Origin: Ignavibacteriota bacterium
Lineage (GTDB): Bacteria > Bacteroidota > Ignavibacteria > UBA10030
Assembly: GCA_963701295.1 (NCBI GenBank)
Contig: OY969585.1
Location: 3,296,001-3,360,000, forward strand
DNA length: 64,000 bases
Direction: 5' to 3'
Below, one piece after another: positions 19,579 through 31,321 of this stretch. The translations under genes and the position numbers were made by a program. Every line of letters begins with the position of its first letter. The first letter of the stretch is position 1. The notes beneath the pieces are model-generated. The model was not told where the DNA came from, did not search any database, and saw only the letters and a list, made by a program, of their open reading frames with translations.

Positions 19579-19807
19579 TTATCAGAACTTGAGAATCATG
19601 ATTTTCCTCATCAAGATACTATATTCTTATATTCTCTTTTCATAAATGCCACATCATATTTATTCACCATTTTTCGTTGAGCTTGTTCGAAACCAAGAGA
19701 TTCATAAAATTCACGCAATTTTGATCTCTCTCCTGCACAATCCAACCGTAAAAAAAATACATTTCTTTTTAAACATTCTGATTCTGCAAATATAACCATT
19801 TCTTTTA

Positions 19808-20636
19808 GGTAATTAGGTAAGAATGTAACCATAGAATAATTGTAAGTATATTATTTTATGGCAAGTTCCAGTAAAATCAGTTACCATGACAACTTTTTGA
19901 GTGGAAAGAAGTGTGTGTATTGTGGATCGTTCAACGTCTGTCGAACGAAACGCGGCTACGTAAAATGCAACAAGTGTCAAAGACAAAAAGGAAGTCATCT
20001 TCTTCGGCGAGAGTTGAAAATCATTCTTGGTTTTTATCAACAGCAACCGGCGTATCGATTGGCAAATGATCTTGGAATAAATTATAAAACTGTTACCAGA
20101 GTCTATCAGCGCATTCGAGAAGCGATTTATCATGTGAGCGAACTTGAAGCTGGCAAGCTCAAAGGAGAAATAGAATTGGACGAAGCGTATTTTGGTGGTC
20201 GTCGCAAAGGCAAACGAGGACGCGGTGCAGGCGGAAAAAGTATCGTTTTTGGGCTTCTGGAGCGCAATGGACGGGTCTATACTAAGGTTGTTGATTCTGT
20301 CTCGGCCAATGAATTGATGGATCATATTCGACAACATACCAAGAAAGGATCGGTCTACTTCACGGACACCTTTCGTAGTTATCGCTCCTTGAAACGCTTT
20401 GGAAAACATCATACCATTAGTCATGGAAAGAAATTTCCGAAAACAAAGAATCATATTAATGGTATTGAAGGATTTTGGTCTTTTGCTAAACATGTCTTAT
20501 ATAATTATCGCGGTGTTTCAAAATATCATTTTCCTATGTATCTTAAAGAAGTTGAATATCGTTTTAACCATCGCGATGACAATTTGTTGAAACTCTTTAC
20601 TCTAATCTATTTCGGTTACGTTTCTACCTAATTACC
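19808..20636 (+). mobile_element. IS1595-family insertion sequence, copy 1 (829 bp)
   Basis: 23-bp imperfect TIRs GGTAATTAGGTAAGAATGTAACC / GGTAATTAGGTAGAAACGTAACC; 8-bp flanks TTCTTTTA / TTGTTTTA (one mismatch). Confidence 0.93.
19858..20631 (+). CDS. IS1595-family (ISXO2-like DDE) transposase
   Basis: N-terminal CxxC...CxxC zinc ribbon, EIELDEAYFGG, KRGRGA, YFTD, HINGIEGFWS, YLKEVEYRFN. Confidence 0.95.
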   Translation: MASSSKISYHDNFLSGKKCVYCGSFNVCRTKRGYVKCNKCQRQKGSHLLRRELKIILGFYQQQPAYRLANDLGINYKTVTRVYQRIREAIYHVSELEAGKLKGEIELDEAYFGGRRKGKRGRGAGGKSIVFGLLERNGRVYTKVVDSVSANELMDHIRQHTKKGSVYFTDTFRSYRSLKRFGKHHTISHGKKFPKTKNHINGIEGFWSFAKHVLYNYRGVSKYHFPMYLKEVEYRFNHRDDNLLKLFTLIYFGYVST

Positions 20637-21192
20637 TTGTTTTATATAGCCTTTTCCAGCAAACGTACGCCTAACAGATAATTTATGTATAAAACCTGAT
20701 TCAAATGGTTTAATATCTTTCTAAAATAGTGGATTCTGCCATTGTAAAATCATTGCAGCTATAGATTGATCATTTTCCCAACCAACATACACATCTTTTC
20801 GAGATATTTCTTACAATAATTTATCAACGGTCAAATCATCAAGATGCCATAATGGTTTACCGATTTGCATTAACCATTTTGCTGCTTCCCGCATTATTTC
20901 AATTGCAGTTTCAACTTGTGTATTCTTTATTTCCACTGTTCAACCTTTACGACGACTATTTCACATAACTATTGTATGAATGTTCTGTTGTGTATTTCTG
21001 TCCAAATTGGCATACTCTATGCCATAACTTTGCTTGCAAAGGATTTAATAATCTCAGAAATGAAAATCACCCCATAGTCCATCGTATCACTCATCGCCTC
21101 ATAAGTGAAACAACTGTGGACAGGAAAGAGAAGACAGTAACCAGTGCATAGCAAAACAACAACTAATAACTCATTGGCTATTCTTTACTGTT

Positions 21193-23028
21193 TTATATTC
21201 TCAACAACTCACTTTCCTTCAAATATTCTTGAATACTCTTCACAGTCAATCCTCCCTCTTTCACTTTTTGAATTGCTTTCACCGCAGTAGCAGCGGCAGA
21301 GAGAGTAGTAATGAATGCGACCTTATGTTCCAGTGCCGCCCATCCGATGGCATATTCGTCGTATCGGGACGTTGCACCTAAAGGAGTATTAATGACGAGC
21401 TGAATCTTTCCATTCTTAATGAGATCTACAGAATTCGGACGGCTTTCATTCACCTTAAAAACTTTTTCACATAGAATAGTATGAGAGTTGAAAAAGTCCG
21501 CCGTTCCTACAGTAGCGATCAGAGAGAATCCTAGTGCTTGTAACTCTCGTGCAATGTTAAGCGATATTTCATTCTTATCATTATCATTCACGCTGAAGAA
21601 AACCGTTCCTCCTGTCGGCAAGGTGTTACTCGCCGCGATCTGTGACTTGGCGATGGATGCGCCAAAGTTATCGGAGATTCCCATCACTTCACCGGTAGAA
21701 CGCATCTCGGGGCCAAGAAACACCGTCGTTTGTGGAAATTTTGAAAACGGAAATACTGCTTCCTTGACAGATATGTGTTTTAATTTTCGGAAATCAAAAT
21801 TCTTATAACCAAGCTCATCCAGTGTCTTTCCTATCATCACCTTTGCGGCTATCTTTGCCAGAGGAACACCCGTTGCTTTACTCACAAACGGCACCGTGCG
21901 GGACGCGCGAGGATTGACCTCTAATACATACACAACATCATCCTTCATTGCAAATTGCACATTCATCAATCCTACAACCTTGAGTGCTTTTGCCAACTTC
22001 ACGGTGGTCGCCATGATTTCATCCAGTATTTTTTCCGACATCATATACGGCGGAAGGACACAGGCGCTATCACCCGAATGAATGCCCGCCTCTTCGATAT
22101 GCTGCATTACGCCACCGATCATAACATCTTTGCCGTCACAGACACAATCAACATCATATTCAAATGCATCTTCAAGGAAACAATCGATGAGCACAGGATG
22201 ATCCGGTGAGACATCGACAGCCTTTTTCATGTAATCACGCAATGCGTCCTTGGTATAGCATACTTCCATCGCGCGGCCTCCAAGCACATACGACGGACGC
22301 ACAAGCACAGGAAATCCAATTTGTTCCGCTACGAGTACTGCATCATTGACAGTGTGTGCTGTACCGTATTTTGGATGTACGACCTTGAGGTTCCGCAGCA
22401 ACGCGCCAAATCGCTCACGGTCTTCGGCTAGATCGATTCCTTCCGGCGATGTGCCGAGAATATGTACGCCGTTCTCGTCTAAAGCTTTGGCGATCTTCAG
22501 CGGTGTTTGTCCGCCAAAACTGACGATGACACCATACGGCTCTTCGTGGTCACAAATATTCAGCACATCTTCAAGTGTAAGCGGTTCAAAATACAACTTG
22601 TCAGTCGTGTCGTAATCGGTTGAGACAGTCTCCGGATTACAATTGACCATAATAGTCTCGAAGCCCTCTTCGCGGAGAGCCATGACACTATGCACACAGC
22701 AATAATCAAATTCAATTCCCTGACCGATGCGGTTTGGTCCGCCTCCGAGGATAACTACTTTCTTCTTGGTGCTTCTTACGGATTCATTCTCGCGCTCGTA
22801 TGTCGAGTAGTGGTATGGTGTCGATGCAGCAAATTCCGCTGCGCACGTATCCACCGTTTTGTATACCGGAATCACATCCATCTTCTTTCGCATTATCCGG
22901 ATCGCTGATTCTTTCGTCCCCCATATTTCTGCTAACTGACGATCGGAGAAACCGTACTCTTTTGCTTTCCGCAGAAGTTCGGGTGTTACTTTTCTAAATT
23001 TCTTTGACTCCAATTTACTTGCCTTCAC
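21193..23028 (-). CDS. carB: Carbamoyl-phosphate synthase large subunit, C-terminal part (split gene)
   Basis: AKEYGFSD, VDTCAAEF, GGGPNRIGQGIEFDY, second ATP-grasp and MGS domain. Confidence 0.93.
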   Translation of the reverse strand: MKASKLESKKFRKVTPELLRKAKEYGFSDRQLAEIWGTKESAIRIMRKKMDVIPVYKTVDTCAAEFAASTPYHYSTYERENESVRSTKKKVVILGGGPNRIGQGIEFDYCCVHSVMALREEGFETIMVNCNPETVSTDYDTTDKLYFEPLTLEDVLNICDHEEPYGVIVSFGGQTPLKIAKALDENGVHILGTSPEGIDLAEDRERFGALLRNLKVVHPKYGTAHTVNDAVLVAEQIGFPVLVRPSYVLGGRAMEVCYTKDALRDYMKKAVDVSPDHPVLIDCFLEDAFEYDVDCVCDGKDVMIGGVMQHIEEAGIHSGDSACVLPPYMMSEKILDEIMATTVKLAKALKVVGLMNVQFAMKDDVVYVLEVNPRASRTVPFVSKATGVPLAKIAAKVMIGKTLDELGYKNFDFRKLKHISVKEAVFPFSKFPQTTVFLGPEMRSTGEVMGISDNFGASIAKSQIAASNTLPTGGTVFFSVNDNDKNEISLNIARELQALGFSLIATVGTADFFNSHTILCEKVFKVNESRPNSVDLIKNGKIQLVINTPLGATSRYDEYAIGWAALEHKVAFITTLSAAATAVKAIQKVKEGGLTVKSIQEYLKESELLRI

Positions 23029-23213
23029 TTACCGTCCATTCCTTTAATCATTCCCATTATCGGTGAGACTCCAAAGAAACCTCACGTTTTTGACAAAACT
23101 AACAAAAAGAAAATATCCCTATTTATCGGGACGTTTGAAATTCAACAATCATTTTAAACATCATATCAGTTTTAAAGATCATGCTAAGTGATTTTGCTTT
23201 TGTTATAGACAAA

Positions 23214-24686
23214 TCATGCTCTGTATGAATACAACTCTTCTTCCATCTCAACGATTTGTTTGATGTTATAGAGAAACCACGGATCGATTCCTGTTGCCTG
23301 AAAGAGTTCTTCAATCGTCAAGCCGAGCTGAAATCCATATCGAAGGTAAAATATATTGTTTGGACGTGGAATTCTAATCCTATCCAGAACCTTTTGCTTC
23401 CATTCAATCTTCTCAGTCTCAGATAGCTCACGAACATTCACGATATCTTTTCCATCAGCACCGAGACCGAAGCGTCCTTGTTCCAGTGAACGAAGCGCTT
23501 TCTGCAGTGCCTCTTTGAACGTTCTGCCGATGGACATTGCCTCGCCAACCGATTTCATCTGCACACCGAGCGTATCGTCCACTCCTTTAAACTTTTCAAA
23601 ATCCCATCGTGGTATCTTCACCACACAATAATCAATGGTCGGTTCAAAGGAAGCAGGTGTTAATTTCGTGATGTCATTAGGAATTTCATCCAGCGTGTAC
23701 CCGACAGCAAGCATTGCGGCAATTTTCGCGATCGGAAATCCGGTTGCTTTTGATGCCAGCGCCGACGAACGCGATACGCGCGGATTCATCTCAATCACCA
23801 GCACCCGCCCATCTTTGGGGTTCACTGCAAATTGAATATTCGAACCGCCCGTTTCTACACCAATCTCTCGGATGACCTTAATCGAATCATCGCGCAGCCG
23901 CTGATATTCTTTATCGGTAAGTGTTTGCGCTGGCGCCACGGTAATGGAATCTCCTGTATGTACACCCATCGGATCGAAGTTCTCAATCGAACAGATGATA
24001 ACGACATTGTCTTTCAGATCGCGCATCACTTCCAGCTCATATTCCTTCCACCCAATGACCGATTCTTCAACGAGTACTTGATGGATGGGACTGCTGGTAA
24101 GACCGTGGACAACTTTTGTGCTAAACTCTTCAATGTTGTACGCAGTACCGCCACCTGTTCCACCTAATGTGAACGACGGGCGAATGATGATTGGAAAACC
24201 GATCGACTCTGCAACTTTCAAAGCTTCATCCAGCGAATTGACAAAACTACCTCGTGCGCTTTGAAGTCCGGCATGATCCATCGCCCTGCGAAACAATTCA
24301 CGATCTTCTGCCATTTTGATAGCTTCAAGTTTTGCTCCGATAAGTTCAACGCCATATTTTTTCAACACTCCACCTTCCGCCAGAGCGACAGCGGTATTCA
24401 ATGCCGTCTGACCGCCCATCGTTGGCAAAATAACATCTGGGCGTTCGCGTTCGATGATCTTTTCAACAAATTCTGGAGTTATAGGTTCTATGTATGTAGC
24501 ATCAGCAAATTCCGGATCGGTCATGATAGTAGCCGGATTACTGTTGACAAGGATCACACGATACCCTTCCTGACGAAGGACACGGCAGGATTGGGTTCCG
24601 GAATAATCAAACTCGCACGCCTGACCAATCACGATAGGACCAGAACCAATGATGAGGATGGATTTAATATCTGTCCGTTTGGGCAA
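23214..24686 (-). CDS. carB: Carbamoyl-phosphate synthase large subunit, N-terminal part (split gene)
   Basis: [30 protein letters not shown]; first ATP-grasp; ends after IDPWFL..IKQIV at 490 aa. Confidence 0.93.
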   Translation of the reverse strand: MPKRTDIKSILIIGSGPIVIGQACEFDYSGTQSCRVLRQEGYRVILVNSNPATIMTDPEFADATYIEPITPEFVEKIIERERPDVILPTMGGQTALNTAVALAEGGVLKKYGVELIGAKLEAIKMAEDRELFRRAMDHAGLQSARGSFVNSLDEALKVAESIGFPIIIRPSFTLGGTGGGTAYNIEEFSTKVVHGLTSSPIHQVLVEESVIGWKEYELEVMRDLKDNVVIICSIENFDPMGVHTGDSITVAPAQTLTDKEYQRLRDDSIKVIREIGVETGGSNIQFAVNPKDGRVLVIEMNPRVSRSSALASKATGFPIAKIAAMLAVGYTLDEIPNDITKLTPASFEPTIDYCVVKIPRWDFEKFKGVDDTLGVQMKSVGEAMSIGRTFKEALQKALRSLEQGRFGLGADGKDIVNVRELSETEKIEWKQKVLDRIRIPRPNNIFYLRYGFQLGLTIEELFQATGIDPWFLYNIKQIVEMEEELYSYRA

Positions 24687-24913
24687 TTTTTCTGAGTATC
24701 TCCTTCATTAATTTGATCAATATAGACAGAACTCTCTTCCCATTCAATAAAAAAGGTTAATACAGGACATGGACGTTTCTGCACACAAAACCGGATAGTT
24801 CTGCACAACAGTTAGTTAGTCCGCTCAACGTTTTCCAAAAAACCTTTTCCACCTGATTTTTTTTCGTATATTAGTAGCGTTAAAATGCTTTTTATCTGAC
24901 AAGGAAAGATTTC

Positions 24914-27900
24914 ATGAAAAGTGTCGATTCATATCGAACGACAAAAACCATCCGCGTTGACACAAAAACTTTTTCATTCTATTCCCTTCGTGTATTAGAA
25001 CAATCCATAGGCATTCAGCTTTCGCACCTTCCGATGTCACTGAAGATTCTGCTGGAAAATCTTTTACGACATGAAGATGGGAGGATTGTTCGAAAAGAAG
25101 ATATTGAAGGTTTGGTACACTGGGATTCAAAAGCACCACCAAACAAAGAAATCGCCTTTATGCCTGCACGTGTTCTCTTGCAGGACTTCACTGGTGTGCC
25201 TTGTATTGTTGATCTTGCCATCATGCGTGATGCGATGATCAAAATGGGAGGCGATCCCAATAAAATCAATCCTCTGCAGCCTGCAGACCTCGTCATCGAC
25301 CACTCGGTACAAGTGGACGAATATGGGACGCCTGAAGCTTTTCAAAAAAATTCTGCACTCGAATTTAAGCGAAACTACGAACGATATACATTTCTTCGCT
25401 GGGGACAACAGGCCTTCAAGAACTTCCGCGTTGTACCGCCGAATACCGGAATCGTTCATCAAATCAATCTTGAATATCTTGCACAAGTCGTCTTCTCTTC
25501 AGCAAAGGATGGTGAACTACTTGTTTATCCGGACACGCTTGTCGGAACTGATTCGCACACGACCATGATCAACGGGCTTGGTGTACTCGGCTGGGGCGTT
25601 GGAGGCATTGAAGCAGAAGCTGCAATGCTTGGTCAGCCAATTTCCATGTTGATTCCACAAGTGGTCGGATTCAAATTGCTTGGAAAATTACGGACGGGTT
25701 CTACTGCCACAGACCTTGTGCTCACTATAACACAAATGTTAAGGAGAAAAGGCGTTGTCGGAAAGTTTGTTGAGTTTTTTGGATCCGGATTGTCTTCACT
25801 CACGCTCGCCGATCGTGCAACCATCGCAAACATGGCTCCAGAGTATGGCGCAACGATGGGTTTCTTTCCTGCTGATCTCGAGACAATCAATTTTCTCCGC
25901 TTCACAGGACGGAGTAAAGAACAAGTTGCACTTGTAGAAACGTATCTCAAAGAACAAGGCCTCTTCCATACTGCAGAAACTCCGGAACCGGAATTTTCTG
26001 TTGTATTCGAACTTGACCTCGCTTCCATTGAACCAAGTATTGCTGGACCAAAACAACCGCAAGATCGTATTTCACTCTCAAGGGCGAAAGCTTCGTTTCG
26101 CTCATCACTTGTTGAGATTCTCGAAAGTAAAGGCGGTGCCATAGATAAGATGGCAGCGGCTACTTGGGCACATTATTCGGACGATTCAATAAAACCCAAT
26201 TTTCTCAAGAGTGTTAATGTCGAAATTGAAGGACACCAGCATAACCTGCAGCATGGTTCTGTCGTCATTGCCGCGATTACAAGCTGCACAAATACATCAA
26301 ATCCATCTGTCCTTATTGCTGCAGGACTGCTTGCGAAGAAGGCCATTGAGAAAGGATTGTTTTCGAAGCCTTGGGTGAAGACAAGTTTAGCGCCCGGATC
26401 GAAAGTAGTTACCGACTACCTTCGAGATGCAAACTTGATGCAGCCTCTGGAATTACTTGGTTTCCATCTCGTTGGTTACGGATGCACAACATGCATTGGT
26501 AATAGTGGTCCACTTCCAGAAGAAATCGCAAAGGCAATACAAGAGAACGATCTCGTTGCAGCAGCGGTTCTATCAGGAAATCGAAATTTTGAAGGACGCG
26601 TCAATCCGTATACACAGGCAAATTACCTTGCTTCACCACCACTCGTTGTGGCATACGCGCTTGCCGGAACGATGGATATAAATTTTGGGAAAGATCCTAT
26701 CGGCGTCGGGAAAAATGGTGAATCCGTATTTCTCAAAGACATCTGGCCATCTCCTCAGGAAGTGGAACAGACTATTCGTCAAAGTGTGAAGCCGGAGATG
26801 TTCAAGCAGGAATATTCCAATGTCTTTGAAGGTGACGAAAGCTGGATCAATCTACCTATCCCAACCGGAGTACAGTACCCCTGGGAGGCAGACTCGACAT
26901 ACATTAAAGCGGCGCCGTATTTTGAGAATTTTTCACGCGAACCACAACCTTTGCAGGACATTCATAACGCACAAGTACTAGCCCTTCTCGGAGATTCTGT
27001 CACCACAGATCATATATCACCTGCAGGTTCATTTACTGAAAATACTCCAGCAGGCAATTACTTGATGTTCTTAGGCATCCGGAAGAAAGACTTTAACCAG
27101 TACGGATCGCGGCGCGGCAATCACGAAATCATGATGCGTGGAACATTTGCGAATATTCATTTAAAAAACTTATTGGTTCCCGGCAAAGAAGGCGGCATTA
27201 CCATCCATCCTTCTTCAAAAGATCCAATATCGATTTACAATGCAGCGATGAAGTACAAAGATGATGGCATACCTCTTATTATTATTGCAGGAAAAGAGTA
27301 TGGATCAGGTTCATCGCGCGATTGGGCTGCAAAAGGCCCGGCTTTGCTTGGTGTACGGGCAGTTATTGCCGAGAGCTTCGAACGTATTCATCGCAGTAAC
27401 CTCATCGGGATGGGCATTCTCCCCTTACAATTCGAAGAAGGGCAGAATTATCAGATGCTTGGAATTTCTGGATTTGAAGCATTCGATATTGAAGGACTCG
27501 CTGACAACCTTAAACCAAGAAAAAAAATAACGGTTACAGCATTATCACAAGACGGCTCAAAGAAAAACTTCGTTGTAGTGTGCCGAATTGATACACAAAA
27601 TGAAGTTGACTACTACAAGCATGGTGGCATACTTCAATATGTATTGCGATCCTTATTAAAACCAGATCAGCCAATTATTGAACAACAAAAAAAGACTGTG
27701 ATCGAAGGCAAAACACAAAAATATCGGATTCTCTTCAATGGAGATATAGAACAGGGACAAGATCTTCCTGCAGTAAAAGAACGTCTTACTCAACTTTTTA
27801 AGACTTCACCGGAACAAATTAACAGACTCTTCACCGGCAAATCTGTTACAATCAATAATAATATCGATTATACCGCCGCACAAGAATATATTGCTGTATT

Positions 27901-29344
27901 GAAGAATGCGGGTGCACTCTGCTACTTTGAACCAATGAAGGTGATGCATACACCTCAAGCAGGCGATTTAATGAAGGGCGGACAACATTCCAAAGGTTCA
28001 AAGTCCGGTGGCCCTGTACACTCCGGTCTTTCATCATACAAGAAAAAGCTCTCGTCGAAAACAGGGCAATCGTACGAATTGAATTCCCCATTACATACTA
28101 CAGGATGTACACTCACAGCTGTAGGAATGATTTTCCTATTATTCTTGTACGTCTTTCTCATTCTCTTCATCGCAAGCAAAACATTTGACCACATTGTCGA
28201 TAATACTTCGCTTCTCGATGGAAAATCTCTCATCATAGGAATTCCTCTATATATCATTCCAATGTTCCTCGGGATATTGTTGATTATATCGATGCTCAAA
28301 CCTCTTATCGCACGACCTGCATCGAAACGCTTTTCCGTTGCTCTTTCCCGGAAGAAAGAACAGGCACTCTATGCTTTCGTTGATAAGCTCTGCCAATCCG
28401 TCGGCGCTAAGATACCTTCTACTATTGAAGTCGATTGTTCGGTGCATGCTTCTGCCGGGTTCCGACAAGGAATGATAGGGTTTTTAGAAGATGAACTTAC
28501 ATTGACGATCGGACTGCCAGCAGCGTCTGAATTGACAACAACAGAGTTCACAAGCTTGTTGGCACATGAGCTTGGCCATTTCACACAAAAGCTCGGCATG
28601 CGACTCTATTACATCATCACAAGCGTTCAGAGATGGTTTTACCGTCACATATTTGAAGAAGATAAAATCGATCAGAAATTGGCTGTCTTATCAATAACAT
28701 CAAGCGGCTTTTTGCGCTTATTTGTTTTGCCTGCCGCAAATCTTTCCGTTTGGTTATCTCGGAAAATTCTTACAGCGTTTATGTTTGCTGGAAATATCAT
28801 CAGCAGATTCTATATACGACTCATGGAGTTCGATGCCGACCGATATGCAGTGCGTCTTTCCGGTTCTGAGGCTTTTGAATCATCCCTTTCTAAACTGCAC
28901 TTGCTCAATATTGCTTTGAAGGAAGCATTTTCTCAGTTGAAAATGCAGAGAAGACCAGAAGATAATTCTTTGCCGAATGATTTCGTTCTTCTCATTTCTT
29001 CTCTTATGAAACAAACATCTACTGGGGATACTTCAAAAGCGAAAGAGGCAACGCTAAAAAACTTAATGGGAATTCCCGACAAGAATCCAACTGACCGCGA
29101 ACGCATTGAAAAAGTAAATAGTATACCTGCGAAAGCTGTACCCCAATCGGAAACTCTTGCGTCGACACTCTTTACTAATTTCAAAGAAACAGCCAAGATC
29201 ACATCTTCACGTCTATACCGAGAAGTTCTGGGTTTGCAGTTCAGCAAAGACTCCTTAGTCCCAACGGATAAATTTGTTAGTACATCTGGACAAACGCCAG
29301 AGATGACTGAGAATATAACCGAAATTGATACCAACTTTTTTTAG
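24914..29344 (+). CDS. acnA: Aconitate hydratase A fused to a linker domain and a membrane M48-family zinc peptidase module
   Basis: AcnA motifs [48 protein letters not shown] (to about aa 915). The frame continues without a stop to TM helices, AHELGH and EFDAD. Confidence 0.9.
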   Translation: MKSVDSYRTTKTIRVDTKTFSFYSLRVLEQSIGIQLSHLPMSLKILLENLLRHEDGRIVRKEDIEGLVHWDSKAPPNKEIAFMPARVLLQDFTGVPCIVDLAIMRDAMIKMGGDPNKINPLQPADLVIDHSVQVDEYGTPEAFQKNSALEFKRNYERYTFLRWGQQAFKNFRVVPPNTGIVHQINLEYLAQVVFSSAKDGELLVYPDTLVGTDSHTTMINGLGVLGWGVGGIEAEAAMLGQPISMLIPQVVGFKLLGKLRTGSTATDLVLTITQMLRRKGVVGKFVEFFGSGLSSLTLADRATIANMAPEYGATMGFFPADLETINFLRFTGRSKEQVALVETYLKEQGLFHTAETPEPEFSVVFELDLASIEPSIAGPKQPQDRISLSRAKASFRSSLVEILESKGGAIDKMAAATWAHYSDDSIKPNFLKSVNVEIEGHQHNLQHGSVVIAAITSCTNTSNPSVLIAAGLLAKKAIEKGLFSKPWVKTSLAPGSKVVTDYLRDANLMQPLELLGFHLVGYGCTTCIGNSGPLPEEIAKAIQENDLVAAAVLSGNRNFEGRVNPYTQANYLASPPLVVAYALAGTMDINFGKDPIGVGKNGESVFLKDIWPSPQEVEQTIRQSVKPEMFKQEYSNVFEGDESWINLPIPTGVQYPWEADSTYIKAAPYFENFSREPQPLQDIHNAQVLALLGDSVTTDHISPAGSFTENTPAGNYLMFLGIRKKDFNQYGSRRGNHEIMMRGTFANIHLKNLLVPGKEGGITIHPSSKDPISIYNAAMKYKDDGIPLIIIAGKEYGSGSSRDWAAKGPALLGVRAVIAESFERIHRSNLIGMGILPLQFEEGQNYQMLGISGFEAFDIEGLADNLKPRKKITVTALSQDGSKKNFVVVCRIDTQNEVDYYKHGGILQYVLRSLLKPDQPIIEQQKKTVIEGKTQKYRILFNGDIEQGQDLPAVKERLTQLFKTSPEQINRLFTGKSVTINNNIDYTAAQEYIAVLKNAGALCYFEPMKVMHTPQAGDLMKGGQHSKGSKSGGPVHSGLSSYKKKLSSKTGQSYELNSPLHTTGCTLTAVGMIFLLFLYVFLILFIASKTFDHIVDNTSLLDGKSLIIGIPLYIIPMFLGILLIISMLKPLIARPASKRFSVALSRKKEQALYAFVDKLCQSVGAKIPSTIEVDCSVHASAGFRQGMIGFLEDELTLTIGLPAASELTTTEFTSLLAHELGHFTQKLGMRLYYIITSVQRWFYRHIFEEDKIDQKLAVLSITSSGFLRLFVLPAANLSVWLSRKILTAFMFAGNIISRFYIRLMEFDADRYAVRLSGSEAFESSLSKLHLLNIALKEAFSQLKMQRRPEDNSLPNDFVLLISSLMKQTSTGDTSKAKEATLKNLMGIPDKNPTDRERIEKVNSIPAKAVPQSETLASTLFTNFKETAKITSSRLYREVLGLQFSKDSLVPTDKFVSTSGQTPEMTENITEIDTNFF

Positions 29345-29378
29345 TATTACATTAAACGAATAATTGGATGAACACGCT

Positions 29379-29627
29379 ATGCCCATTTTTGATTATCGAT
29401 GTACTAGTTGTAACACGATTTACGACATCCTGCATAAGGGGAAGGAACTGAATGAGGATATACTGTGTCCTCACTGCGGTTCGCATCGGCATACGAAATT
29501 AATCTCTTTGCCGAGTATTATAACAAAAGGAACATCTTCGGCGCATTGCGATCAGGGGATGTGTGGAATGGAAAAATCGTGCTGCAGTGATAGATGTTCG
29601 CTTAGTGGAACAAGCGGATTGAATTAA
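29379..29627 (+). CDS. FmdB-family zinc-ribbon protein
   Basis: MPIFDYRCTSC...CPHCGS...KLIS with a Cys-rich tail. Confidence 0.85.
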   Translation: MPIFDYRCTSCNTIYDILHKGKELNEDILCPHCGSHRHTKLISLPSIITKGTSSAHCDQGMCGMEKSCCSDRCSLSGTSGLN

Positions 29628-29632
29628 TTCTT

Positions 29633-30067
29633 TTAAATTTTTTGTCTTTCGATTACCTGAGTTGCGTTTTTTCGCTCCAATTCTATTTGAATCATTTGCT
29701 GCAACTCCGTTTTCAGACGCGATTTCTGAATAAACCCGTCGCTTGGGGAATCATATTTCAAATCGCGATACTCATCCACGTCGTATGCCGAAAAAAGATA
29801 TACACGAACATGTGGAAAGTCGGATTTGATTCTGCGGGTTATTTCCACACCGCTGATCCCGGAAAGGCTGATATCCATCAAAACGACATCGGGGAAGTGC
29901 ATCTGAACCTGAGTGAGTGCTTCATCTCCAGTGCCAGCTTCTCCTACAACAACAACATGATCAGTTCGCCGAAGATACTCCGTTACCAACATGCGCATGG
30001 AAGCCATATCATCAACAACGAGAACTTTTAATTTCGGTAATTTATTTTGCTGTTGTGTTTTACTCAT
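29633..30067 (-). CDS. Single-domain response regulator (NarL-type receiver)
   Basis: VLVVDD, PDVVLMDISL, FSAY, GFIQK. Confidence 0.88.
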   Translation of the reverse strand: MSKTQQQNKLPKLKVLVVDDMASMRMLVTEYLRRTDHVVVVGEAGTGDEALTQVQMHFPDVVLMDISLSGISGVEITRRIKSDFPHVRVYLFSAYDVDEYRDLKYDSPSDGFIQKSRLKTELQQMIQIELERKNATQVIERQKI

Positions 30068-30183
30068 TGCAGCACTAGAGATTAAATTTCATCTTTCGCA
30101 AACTCTTCCACGACAAAAAATACGAAACTCTCGCTCCGCAATCAAGAATCCACCATAAATATATGTGTTTCAGACGAAAGAAT

Positions 30184-31311
30184 TCACCCCAACCTTTTCT
30201 GAAATCGCATCACGCTCATGCTTAAAATGACACTGCCGAATATCAACAATGCCAGTGCCTGAGTCCACAGAATGTTTATACCGACTCCTTTGAGGAACAA
30301 ACCGCGTACGATAACAAAATAGTAACGCAGCGGCATGATGTAGGATACATATTGGATAATGATCGGCATATTCTCAATAGGAAAAACAAAGCCGGAGAAA
30401 AAGACCATCGGCATCATAAAGAAAAAGATCGCTGTCATCATTGCCTGCTGCTGTGTGCGTGAGATAGTAGAAATGAAAAGTCCGAGTCCAAGGGTTGTCA
30501 TTAAAAAAATCAAACTCAATCCAAGCAAGAGCAGCACGCCGCCTTTCACCGGAAGACTAAAAACCACCGAAGCAAAGAAAACAACAAGGATCACATCGAT
30601 CACTCCGATAACAAAAAATGGGGCAAGTTTTCCGATAATAAGTTGATACGGTTTGATGGGCGTGACGACAAGTTGTTCGAGTGTACCGAGTTCTTTCTCC
30701 TTAACGATTGCCAGCGATGTCAGAATCATAGTCATCACCATGAGAAGCAATCCAAGCACTCCGGGCACCATAAAATTCCGGCTTTTCAGGTCGGGATTAT
30801 ACCATACACGATATTCTGCAGATAAACGCGCCGGCATCATGATGGAACCGCGTTTGACGAGCGATTCCAAGACAATGTTTTGTGAATACGTGCTCACAAT
30901 AACAAAAGCATAATTGAGGCCAATCGTCGCCGAACTTGTTTCCGTGCCATCTGCAACAATCTGAAGTGGCGCAGATTGACCGGCACCTATTTTTTTTTCA
31001 AATCCTCTTGGAATGACTATCGCGATCGACGCATGTCCATCATCCAATTGATTGTCGATCTCGGAGGTTTTGTCATTATATCCAACAACTCTGAAATATT
31101 CTGTACTGGTAAAGTTTCGGATTAATGTTCGGCTTGATGGCGAATTATCAAAATCGCAGACAACCATAGGAATTTTGCTCACATCAAACGTCGCGGCATA
31201 TCCAAGGACAAGCAACTGGAGCACCGGCGCAGTAAAGCTCACCATAAACATTTTCTTATCTTGGCGAAACTGAATGAATTCTTTTTTGATAATGTGAAAA
31301 ATGATGTTCAT
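30184..31311 (-). CDS. ABC-2 transporter permease (YbhR-like)
   Basis: KEFIQF, WYNPDL, AIVKEKELGTLEQL, FSGFVFPIENMP. Confidence 0.92.
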   Translation of the reverse strand: MNIIFHIIKKEFIQFRQDKKMFMVSFTAPVLQLLVLGYAATFDVSKIPMVVCDFDNSPSSRTLIRNFTSTEYFRVVGYNDKTSEIDNQLDDGHASIAIVIPRGFEKKIGAGQSAPLQIVADGTETSSATIGLNYAFVIVSTYSQNIVLESLVKRGSIMMPARLSAEYRVWYNPDLKSRNFMVPGVLGLLLMVMTMILTSLAIVKEKELGTLEQLVVTPIKPYQLIIGKLAPFFVIGVIDVILVVFFASVVFSLPVKGGVLLLLGLSLIFLMTTLGLGLFISTISRTQQQAMMTAIFFFMMPMVFFSGFVFPIENMPIIIQYVSYIMPLRYYFVIVRGLFLKGVGINILWTQALALLIFGSVILSMSVMRFQKRLG

Positions 31312-31321
31312 GTTCTCATCC

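Larger units (their letters stand above)
19611..20936 (-). pseudogene. GNAT acetyltransferase pseudogene split by the IS and carrying two in-frame stops
   Basis: GTG at 20936: VEIKNTQVETAIEIMREAAKWLMQIGKPLW...KLL*EIS...NPLF*KD...FIHKLSVRRTFAGKGYI|IS|KEMVIFAE...LRLDCAGERSKLREFYESLGF. The halves rejoin in frame when the IS and one TSD are removed. Confidence 0.85.

Noticed and set aside
19813-20493. 226-aa antisense ORF in both IS copies
   Set aside because: It is a shadow of the transposase with no recognisable motifs.
20720-20815. Stop-codon recoding in the GNAT gene (TAA and TAG in frame)
   Set aside because: Two different stop types in an IS-disrupted gene, and other genes use these codons as normal stops.
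20955-20985. attI-like motif (GTTATGT) before the GNAT gene; a similar motif lies near 24799-24826
   Set aside because: No matching R'' or attC downstream, and too short to separate from chance.
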